Of a DNA stretch of 30,917 bases, positions 21,976 through 30,917 are shown in pieces. The position numbers were made by a program, and so were the translations under genes. Source of the stretch: Chiloscyllium plagiosum (taxonomy: Eukaryota); assembly GCF_004010195.1 (NCBI RefSeq), contig NC_057718.1, forward strand, positions 26,006,508 through 26,037,424, read 5' to 3'. The notes below the pieces were generated by a model. It was not told where the DNA came from. It saw only the letters and a program-made list of their open reading frames with translations, and made no database searches. The stretch's first letter is position 1; every line of letters starts with the position of its first letter.

Positions 21976-22426
21976 AGAAAGTGAGGACTGCAGATGCTGG
22001 AGACCAGAGTTGAAAAGTGTGGTGCTGGAAAAACACAGCAGGCCAGGCAGCATCAAAGGATGTTCTTCATCCTCAGAAGAATTCATACACTGAAAAAGAA
22101 AACAGACCAACACAATTTGGACCCAACCAGGACAACCAGTACCTGCAACAAATCCGAAGCCTCCAGCAACAGACCTCCCTCCGGATCCTCCATTCCACGC
22201 TCACAGCCATGCGCCGCTAACTACTCTCCCTGCAGTCAGCCCTGCCCAGCTCAGGACAACACTCTCCCAGACCTGCAAAGGACCTTTGCTGTTCTTCATC
22301 CTCAGAAGAATTCATACACTGAAAAAGAAAACCTTGAACCCCATCCCTCCAATCGCCACTAGGACAGAACCCCACTGGTCCTCACCTTCCACCCCACCAA
22401 CCTCCAGATAAATCGTATCATCCTCA
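21976..22426 (+). mobile_element. rearranged PLE: antisense pLTR + N-terminal ORF piece + thumb-region piece
   Basis: pLTR agaaagtgaggactgcagatgctgg; peptides LRILHSTLTAMRR*LLSLQSALPQLRTTLSQTCKGPLLFFILRRIHTL and DRTPLVLTFHPTNLQINRIIL. Exact 43-bp duplicate at 22061-22103 and 22290-22332. Confidence 0.8.
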
Positions 22427-23514
22427 GTCTTCCTCGAGCAGTCCTTGTCAGGCAGATGGAAGGTGGACCAGAAGAAGAGGAAGAAGACTGAGGAAAGGAT
22501 TTCCATACAGCTCAGCTAGAGAAGAGGATGCTGCCCCAACCACTTTGACAAGATCAACCCACTCTGTACCGACAGCCTCTTTGTCCTCTGGTATCAGTGA
22601 ACCATCCCCCAGTTTTCGCAGTCATATACTTTCTTTATCTAATTAACTAATATGTCATATATAAACTACTGCTCCTCAACAAGCTCAATAACTATTGAGA
22701 TAAATTATTGACCGCATATATTAGGTAATTGTGATCACGACCGCTAAAATCAAAGGGCACACTGTAACATCATTCAGGTGGGAATGTCCCATTAGTTGGA
22801 GAACAAGTGGGAGACCTCTATCACTTTTTGGAGTGGTGAGTTCTGACTGGATTAACTGCAACTTTGGACATTCCCTGGGATTCCGGACTCTAGGGAATGA
22901 TCCCTACCCAACAGACCAGCAGCTTATAGACTGTGCCAATGGGAGCAGTGGCTGCTGCTGACAGTACATCCCAGCAGAGGCATGCAATGGCCAAGAGATC
23001 CAGTTGACTGGTTAATGCAGATTGTCAGAGGTGAGGGAAAGATGGCACATATCAAGAATTAAGCTGTCATGACATGAACTTTCAATTCCCTGGTCTTTAG
23101 ACCACAAATCAAACTGGCTGGAGTTTTCTTGATTGTTTAGGAAAACCTCTGCTTTGATTAACAAACCAACTGGCGAAGCATCTGTTTGATCTGTTGAATA
23201 TTGTGCTTTGTTGACATTTTCCTAAAGTTTATTCATTATGAATATTTGGCTGACTTTCAGAATTTAAACTTAACTCAGTAATAGGATCTGAATTCACAGT
23301 TTATTTGACAACTTAAGGAGTCTATTAAAGGATTAGAGTATGAACAGATGATTTTATGTTTGTTTTTAATAACAGAATAGCCTCCTTGAGAGTTAAGTGT
23401 TGTAATATTTCTGTTAATGATCTTTTTGTCACTGTCAGGTTGTGTATGAGAGCTGTATTAGATTATAACATTTTTTCTTAGCTTCATATGGCCCGTGTGA
23501 GGTACCCATGTAAA

Positions 23515-24245
23515 TACTTGGACAGAGAGCTTGATAGAGTATATGCAGAGCAAATATTTCTCCTCACAAATAAATCCAGAATTAAGAGGCACAGTTCAGA
23601 ACAAAGGGAATCCCATTTAAGAGCAAGATGAGGAAACATTTCATTCCTCTCAATCTTTGGAATTCTCTCCTGTGAAGATCAGTGAAAAATGGGTGATTGA
23701 ATGCATTCAAGGCTGAGTCAGACAGACCTTTGAGGTAAAAGGATGCTGAAGATCACGGTGTCATTAGAAAAGTGGCATCGAAACTCTGATCCAATTTGTC
23801 GTTCTTTCATTGAATAGCACAGCAGGTTTGAGGGGCAGAGCATGAAGGGCTTGAGAAGTAGTTGAGGACTCTGGATCTGTACTCCATAAAGTTTGGAATT
23901 ACAAGTTACAGAACACTGAGAGGCCTCGATAGAATGGACAGGAGAGATTAGGACTGGAGGGCACAACTTCAGAGTGAACAGATGACCCTTTCGAACTGAG
24001 ATGAGGATGAACTTATTCTGCCATACGGTGGTGAATCTGTGGAACTCATTGGCTGTGGAGGCCAAGTCATTGAGTGTATTTAAGACAGAAATAGATAGAT
24101 TCTTGATTAGAAAGAGGACCAATGGTTACGAGAAGAAGGCAGAGGAATGGGGTTGAGAAACACATCAGCCATAATTGAATGACGGAGCAGATTCCGTGAA
24201 CTAAATGGCCTAACTGTGTTTCTATTTCTTATAGTCTTATAATCC
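23515..24245 (+). mobile_element. two tandem CR1 3'-end fragments (about 23515-23845 and 23845-24245)
   Basis: Each has TEMRxNFF/NLWNSL remnants and a 3'UTR hairpin/tail (catcagccataattgaatgacggagcag...ctatttcttatagtcttat). Confidence 0.8.
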
Positions 24246-24289
24246 CATTCTTCGTCCTATTTTCATGTTTCTACCTAAACATTAGTCTA

Positions 24290-24632
24290 TTTCAAATGAA
24301 GGACTTAATATTCACTTAAGAATAGAGTACATTGGATCATAATATGTTAAATATCCAACCTATAATGCTGAGATCCAAAGATCCATGTCTATCAATTGGA
24401 ATATTGTACCTAATGTAGAACACCACATTTAAGAAGGAAGTGATGGTCGATGGTCCAGGAAAGAGTGATTTCGAGGATGAGGGAATTTTGTTGTCTATAT
24501 AGATTGTCATAACTGGAGTTGTTCTCCTCAGAGAATAGAAAGTTGTGAGGAGTTCAAAATTATATTGTACCTAGATAGTTTAGTTCGGGAAAAATTGCCC
24601 GTGTTGGATTACATGTCTGAAATACTGCACAG
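24290..24632 (+). mobile_element. very old CR1 ORF2 fragment
   Basis: ttggaatattgtacc...caccacatttaagaagga...ctggagttgttctcctcagag, equivalent to LEYC/PHLRK/LGLFSLE. Confidence 0.5.
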
Positions 24633-25132
24633 NNNNNNNNNNNNNNNNNNNNNNNNNNNNNNNNNNNNNNNNNNNNNNNNNNNNNNNNNNNNNNNNNNNN
24701 NNNNNNNNNNNNNNNNNNNNNNNNNNNNNNNNNNNNNNNNNNNNNNNNNNNNNNNNNNNNNNNNNNNNNNNNNNNNNNNNNNNNNNNNNNNNNNNNNNNN
24801 NNNNNNNNNNNNNNNNNNNNNNNNNNNNNNNNNNNNNNNNNNNNNNNNNNNNNNNNNNNNNNNNNNNNNNNNNNNNNNNNNNNNNNNNNNNNNNNNNNNN
24901 NNNNNNNNNNNNNNNNNNNNNNNNNNNNNNNNNNNNNNNNNNNNNNNNNNNNNNNNNNNNNNNNNNNNNNNNNNNNNNNNNNNNNNNNNNNNNNNNNNNN
25001 NNNNNNNNNNNNNNNNNNNNNNNNNNNNNNNNNNNNNNNNNNNNNNNNNNNNNNNNNNNNNNNNNNNNNNNNNNNNNNNNNNNNNNNNNNNNNNNNNNNN
25101 NNNNNNNNNNNNNNNNNNNNNNNNNNNNNNNN
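24633..25132. other. assembly gap (500 N)
   Basis: Run of exactly 500 N. Confidence 1.
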
Positions 25133-25774
25133 TCAATGAAAATTCTGCAGTATAGTATAACTGGCCCACAGAAGTATGCATTCCTGTTACTGACAAGCCG
25201 TCAAAAGTTAAATAGGGATTATCCATGATGCACTTGTGAACACATAAATTGTGCTTTTGTGTTCAAAATGCAGTGTGGTATAATTCAAATGTTAGAGTAA
25301 AAAGTTACCCAAATGATGCCTGTGTGTGGAACAAACCAGATAAAATCCAATTCTTTTCGAAGCCCTTGCAGCACAGGCTGGGCTGCGTGAGAGTGCCTGG
25401 GAGTCTGTCAGGGGTGACTGAGCTGCAATTACAGAGAAGCTAAAAGGTCATTTACTCTTTCTAATGAGTTTTCATTTAACTTTGTCAAGTAGACTAAAAT
25501 TGTTATTGCCTGCAACTACTAGAAACTCTCAGCAATTTTGTAGGGGTGTTATGGTAACTCAGTTTTCGTCTTCACAGATTAGGTGATGCAATTGAACTCA
25601 TAAATGGTTTCTTTAACGGGTTGTATCTGCTGCAAAGTTAACGTGTACAGAAATTCACCTTCCTTTCTCATTGCATATTGGTATCAATGCAATTAGCACT
25701 CCCACTGCATTAGCAACATGGTAATTTTAATTGGTTTAATGGATAAATGTGTCATACCAAATTAAAAAAAAACA

Positions 25775-25880
25775 CAATTATCTATGATTCTATGGTGAGC
25801 TATTTCAGCAAGGGACCAGTGTGGCCATCGTGGGCTGAACGGCATCTTTCTGTGCTGTAACCATTTCTTGATTCTATGAA
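25775..25880 (+). mobile_element. CR1-type 3' tail
   Basis: tgggctgaacggcatctttctgtgctgtaaccatttcttgattctatga. Confidence 0.55.
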
Positions 25881-26302
25881 ATAGTGTGCTTATTAATAGC
25901 CAACAGGAAGCCAAATAAATGCCACAGAGAGAAATTGATTATTACATTTCTACAATAAGGGTCCTCTTTTCAGTTGGGATGTCAAGACATTTCTGAAATG
26001 TAGTCGGACACTAACGTGTAAATTTTTTGTTATCAGTTGTAAGGGCAGCCTTCCATTTCATAAGATTACAGTTGGGACATGATGGTCAACTCTGTATTAA
26101 ACATCAGGAGCTCAAACTGACCAGTTGCGTTTTTCATTTCTGATTGGCTCATCCCATGCCTTTCCAAACAGCAAGCCTCCAACTATTATGGCCATCAGTG
26201 ATTATGTCACAGTTGTCAGCATCAATATTTGCTATCTTCATACCTCACTTGCAGGTGACCATGTAATGGAGATATAGATGCTCAGCAGGTCATGACCTAT
26301 GA

Positions 26303-26513
26303 GGAGAAAGTGAGGTCTGCAGATGCTGGAGATCAGAGATGGAAATGTGTTGCTGAAAAAGCGCAGCAGGTCAGGCAGCATCTAGGGAACAGGAGAATCG
26401 ACGTTTCGGGCATTAGCCCTTCTTCAGGAAGAAGGGCTAATGCCCGAAACGTCGATTCTCCTGTTCCCTAGATGCTGCCTGACCTGCTGCGCTTTTCCAG
26501 CAACACATTTCCA
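26303..26513. mobile_element. young palindromic PLE terminal-repeat insertion with 15-17-bp TSD
   Basis: Arms 26340-26425 and 26428-26513 (86 bp, one mismatch), 2-nt spacer. caggtcatgacctatga at 26286-26302 and 26512-26528. Confidence 0.92.
26395..26430 (-). ncRNA. minimal hammerhead ribozyme motif
   Basis: Minus strand reads ttc CTGAAGA a GGGC-TAAT-GCCC GAAA CG TC ga. Stem I is only about 2 bp. Confidence 0.55.
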
Positions 26514-26819
26514 GGTCATGACCTATGACTAATTCACTCTACAGAAGGTCTTTTGTATATGGCCATTATCCAGTTGTCATTTGATTAGCAATGAGTATAT
26601 ATTTATGGAATTAGATTGCACCTCTGAGTTGGTGACCTTGTCCGTCAAGAGACGCAAAGCTGGGAACTGTACAGCATTTTCTCTGGCCTAGTCCAGGTTC
26701 CCACCGCAATTGAGGAGCGTTCTGAGACTGCAGACTTTTTAGACTTGTAGGTTAGTGTTCTCAATCAGTTTGAAATTGTTACACTCTCTTTCACTTTGGA
26801 TATAATTGCTGCAGTCATC

Positions 26820-27006
26820 ATCGAAAAGTAAGGTGCTGGAAAAGCACAGGTGGTCAGGCAGCATTCGAGAAGCAGGAGAGGCGATATTTCAAGCGTAACT
26901 GCTTCATCAGACTCTCCTGCTCCTCGGGTGCTGCCTGACCGGCTGTGTTTTTCCAACACCACACATTTCGACTCTGATCTCCAGCATCTGCAGTCCTCAC
27001 TTTTTC
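26820..27006. mobile_element. older palindromic PLE terminal-repeat insertion
   Basis: ggtgctggaaaagcacag..ggtcaggcagca / tgctgcctgacc..tgtgtttttccaacacc arms. Decayed CTGATGA...GAAA on the minus strand at 26881-26910. Confidence 0.8.
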
Positions 27007-27634
27007 CAATATACCGGCTGCAACATTTTCAATGTGCCTTAATGTCTGCACTAAGTGACCGATTGTAAGTGATAGGGGAGCCTAGATGTATGAAGCTATC
27101 ACCAATTCCAGCATTGCATTTTTGATGCTTGTGGATGACTGCATGGCAACTACCTGCACCTTGAAATTTGTTTCCCTGATGCTGATAGTAAAACCAAACT
27201 CTTTGTATCAAGCAAGAATCTGTATATTTGCCATAAGGAATGTTAGTGCAGTGTTTTTAATTGTGCATTGATTCAAAGAGGTGCATAGGAATGGTGGAAC
27301 ACTTTCTTTTTCCAGGTGGAAATCTAAAACCAAGGGTTGGAATTAGGCACAGATTTACTGGCAAATGATGGAGAGTCAGCACCTTACAATAATTTAAAAC
27401 TAAAATAAAAACCTTTTTATTTCAAAATGGAGAGATATCACTACGCAAGGTGTTTCTGAAGAGGCTGAGTTTATTTTCTACTTTGTAACCAGAAGTAAAT
27501 GGAAACTAGTTTGCAATCACTGTTGACAATTGTTGTTACTGGATGCACCAATCCATCAGTCTGTGTCAGTTTCAGGTGACTTGATATCTCCAGTACTATG
27601 ATAAAGTAAGAATCATTCTAGACAATAACTTGGT

Positions 27635-28203
27635 TGTGGGATATAAATGAATTAATGTTATTTCTGCAAGTATAAATTCTGATACAGAATAGGAATGAGA
27701 AAATACATATTCAGCAAAAAGAAAGCATGAGACATGAATACAGAACAATGGTGGATATATGGGCAAACAGGAAAGCATCTGTTTCCCCCTTACACGGGGA
27801 CACAGGAACAAACCCTAATCAAAGAGGTCAAAGTGGCCTCTGGATGGAAATAGATGCTGATAGAAGAAAAGATATGCCTAATCAATAACCTACGGTAGAC
27901 TGACGTCAAACACCCTTATGGGAGTCAGAGATAAGAGTTTGTCACGGCCAAGACAGGATAAACAGAAGTTGTGGGATAAGTCTTAAGGAAATGAGTGACG
28001 TAAGCAAAGCAGGGAACAGACAATGGAATAAGGAAAACATATGGTATAAATTGCGAGGGTTTTTTGGATATAGTGTACATTTTGTCATTACCTTACCAGG
28101 TCATTAGACAAAGCACCCATCTATAGGTGTACAAATAAATGGCTGATTCAGAAATTAGTCTCGGACTGAAATTATTAAAGTGAGTGAGCTTATGTTTCTC
28201 ACA
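27635..28203 (+). mobile_element. solo LTR (569 bp) with perfect 5-bp TSD
   Basis: TGTGGG...TTTCTCACA termini. TTGGT at 27630-27634 and 28204-28208. TATAAA 28045-28050, AATAAA 28134-28139. Confidence 0.9.
27901..27908. promoter_or_regulatory. consensus CRE (TGACGTCA) in LTR U3; variant TGACGTAA at 27996-28003
   Basis: Exact motif match upstream of the LTR TATA box. Function is untested. Confidence 0.4.
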
Positions 28204-29129
28204 TTGGTGTAGTCAGAAGGTATACATTTCAGGGTTGAAATCTTAATTGATATTCTTCCATGTACACCATCAAATAATTGATATATGCTAAATAAAATAG
28301 AAACCTCTAAACCTAGGATTGTCAGCATAATAGCACTTAATACCAATTTATTGCAGAGAATAGTACCTTAATGAGATAATGAAAATAATTACCAGAACAT
28401 CCATTTTCTATATTAGAACTGTTGCACGTTTATCTTTGGACAACATATTTTGGACAAAAACCATCGCATGTATCTAATCTGTTATGAACTTCGAATCCTC
28501 CTTACCAAAGGTGCTGTATCAACATCTTGATTAGAGCTGAATTAGACACTGATTAATTTGATAAATATAACAGCTGTGCCCCAACTGAAAATGGGGCACC
28601 ATGTTATTGGTACAGTAATTGGTTTTTCACCGTTCTGCAAATAAACTTTGCATTGGTTCACTCACAGGGTTTTCTCAAGTCTTGGATCTGCCTGTATCTT
28701 CCATCAGATTACTGGACTGCTAGAACCATTCTCACATCTCATTCTTTCTTGCGCCTTAACTTATACCCAGATTGTCTCTGTTCCATTTATCGATCTTTTG
28801 TTTCTTTAATTGCTCTCAATTTGTCTTACAATATTCTTGCTTCGCTCATTTAATCATCTTTATGCCCTCCTTAATCAATTTAAATATGCTTCATTTTCAT
28901 TTCTAACCATTTCTGGTATATTGCTTCCTCCCGTGTCCACTCCTTTTCCCATTTCTGTTTCTGGTTCTAAACTGTTGATCTGCAATGGCCCAGATTGTGC
29001 TGGAGAGGGCAAACATGTCGTTGAGTTAGGCTTTTTAACTCAGCTTGCAACTCAAATAATTCTTGCGTGACAGGTAGCTGAACTGTTGCAACAGGGAATC
29101 TAGAGTCTTAGTAACCAACAAGATCAACA

Positions 29130-29305
29130 GTCTCTCTATCTCTCCCTCTCTCTCTGTCTTTCTCTCCCCCTCCTTTAGCCAAAAAGAAAGAAATAGAGGA
29201 TAAATGGAGAAAGGTGAATTGAATCAGATCAGACTTAAAGAGAAATAAAGCAAGGAAAAACAATATATGATTGGGGTTGGGGGAAGGGAAGTGGGGGAAG
29301 AGAGA
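29130..29305. repeat. (CT)n-rich tract followed by a purine-rich tract with a G-quadruplex motif (29273-29297)
   Basis: tctctctatctctccctctctctctgtc... and GGGGttGGGGGaaGGGaagtGGGGG. Confidence 0.6.
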
Positions 29306-29699
29306 CATCTAAAATGGAAAGGAGCTTTATATTTAAACTTATGCTGCTTGCCCCTCTTTTTGCAGCTCTCATAAATGTGGCAATATTATGTATAGTGGAT
29401 TCCTGCCGAGCTTTCTCCCTCCAGAATGCTCAGCTTATGTTTGCAAATTGGATGAACCTGAGCAGAAAATCCCTATCCGTCTCTGAAAGCACAAATCCAC
29501 ATTCCTTGTTGGCTGAGGATATAGTTGTCCGAGCTGCTAAAGCTTTCGATGTGTTTTCATCGTCAACAAAGCAATGAACTTAATGAATAATAGTTTTCCA
29601 GTTCCGATATATGTGCAGGAGAGGTAGGATGCAGGTTCATGTGTGCAGTTTCTTTAAATAAGAGATAGCTATGATATTCAAGTAGGACCAACGTGTTCC

Positions 29700-30917
29700 A
29701 GGAAAAGGGGGGAAGACTTGAAATAAAAAATTTTCTGGATCACTGTGACAGATTATGGGGGAATCTTTAGAAACTGGGTTGCACCTGAAGCGGAATAGGT
29801 TTCATATCTTTGCTGGGAGGTTTTTTTAGTGCTGCTAGGGAGGTTTAATTTGATTTCGCAAGGGGTGGCGCACAGAGCAGATGTAAACTCAGGGACAAGA
29901 TACCATCAAACAGAGGAGGAAAATCAGGTCATTCCAGTAGGTGGAGAAAATATCAGCAGGATAAGGCACAGGGAGTTTGGGAAAGCTAAGTTGTATCTAT
30001 TTTAATGCAAGGAGCTTGACCGGTAAGGCTGATGAACTTAGAGCTTTGATCAGCACGTGGAAAATGATATCGTTGTAATTGCTGAGACATGCTTGAAGGA
30101 AGGACAGGACTGACAACTCAGCATTCCAAGATATAGATGTTTCAGGGGGATAGGGGGTGAAGTCAGAGAGGAGGAGGCATTGCATTATTGGTAAAGGAAA
30201 CTGCAGTTAAAAGGGAGGACGCTGGAGAAGTTTCTTCAAATGAGGCCGTGTACATAGAGCGTACAAATAAAAAAAGGGTTGATTACCTTGCTGGGATAAT
30301 ACAACAGGCCTCTCAATAGTTGGAGGGAAAGAGAGGAGCTGATAATTAAATCATAGAAAGGTGTGGGAGAAACAGTGTTATAGGTGTAGGAGTCTTAACT
30401 TACTAAACATTAACTTGGATCAACTTAAGTGTGAAAGGATTACACAAAATGACATTTTTCAAGTGCATCCAGGAGAGTTAGTTGTGCCAGTGCGCAGATA
30501 GTTCTATTAGTGATGAGGTACTGCTGGATGTAATCCAAGGGAGTGAAGCTGGTAAAGTGCTGAAGTTTCAGTGAGTGAGCATTTTGGGAATAATGACCAT
30601 TCCTCTGTAAGTCATCAATATTTCAAAGCCATCATGTGAAGAGGTAGAATATTGCAGAAGCTAAGTGTAAACTGAGGGAAGGCAAATTTTAACAAAATTA
30701 GACAGAAACTGGCAAACATAGATTGGGAGCAGCTCCTTGCAGATAAGTCTATATTTGGAAATTGGGAGTCTTTTAAAAGTAGTACAGTGAGAAGACCAGA
30801 TCTAAAAGTTGAAGTTCTAAATTGGAGAAAGGCCAATTTTGACGGTATTAGGCAAGAACTTTAAGCTGATTGTTGGAGGCAGATGTTCACAGGTAAAGGG
30901 ACGACTGGAAAATGGGA
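29700..30917 (+). mobile_element. CR1 LINE: ORF1 C-terminus and ORF2 APE endonuclease, degraded
   Basis: FLDHCDRLWG/GLHL/ILAGRF-like ORF1 end. CIYFNARSLTGKADELRALISTW, DIVVIAET, LGN.DH remnants. Many stops and frameshifts. Confidence 0.88.

Noticed and set aside
23482..23501. 20-nt exon candidate (ttttttcttAG|...GAG|gtaccc)
   Set aside because: Weak donor, not frame-preserving, adjacent to CR1 debris.
24565..25226. 196-aa and 205-aa ORFs
   Set aside because: Artefacts of translating through the N gap.
8399..28203. The two related LTRs as ends of one ~20-kb provirus
   Set aside because: Their U3 regions differ, the second LTR has its own TSD, and no gag/pol lies between them.
1..30917. CRISPR array, rRNA, bona fide tRNA genes or prokaryote-like operon/defence system
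   Set aside because: No regularly spaced repeat-spacer units and no long ORFs. The tRNA-like segments are degenerate SINE heads without a full cloverleaf.

Overview
Vertebrate genomic DNA, almost certainly a cartilaginous fish (shark), judged from its repeat repertoire. Bamboo/epaulette shark is an inference. The window is intronic/intergenic and dominated by transposon debris: many CR1 LINE fragments (RT, APE endonuclease, ORF1 end, 3' tails), another CR1/L2-group LINE, tRNA-derived SINEs (DeuSINE-like and HE1-like), Penelope-like elements (PLEs) and short hairpin-forming PLE terminal-repeat insertions with hammerhead-ribozyme cores, two or three solo LTRs, and Harbinger/PIF transposon remnants. 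The only credible host coding feature is a putative terminal exon at 5040-5163 (+) ending in KKKE*, followed by a 3'UTR-like tract; I could not identify the gene. Most listed ORFs are spurious or TE-derived. A 500-N gap lies at 24633-25132. I see no convincing novel protein-coding system. The most interesting signal is the set of tiny PLE-derived, hammerhead-containing, often palindromic insertions with long target-site duplications. TE family names come from my recognition of motifs, not from database searches, and most boundaries are approximate.
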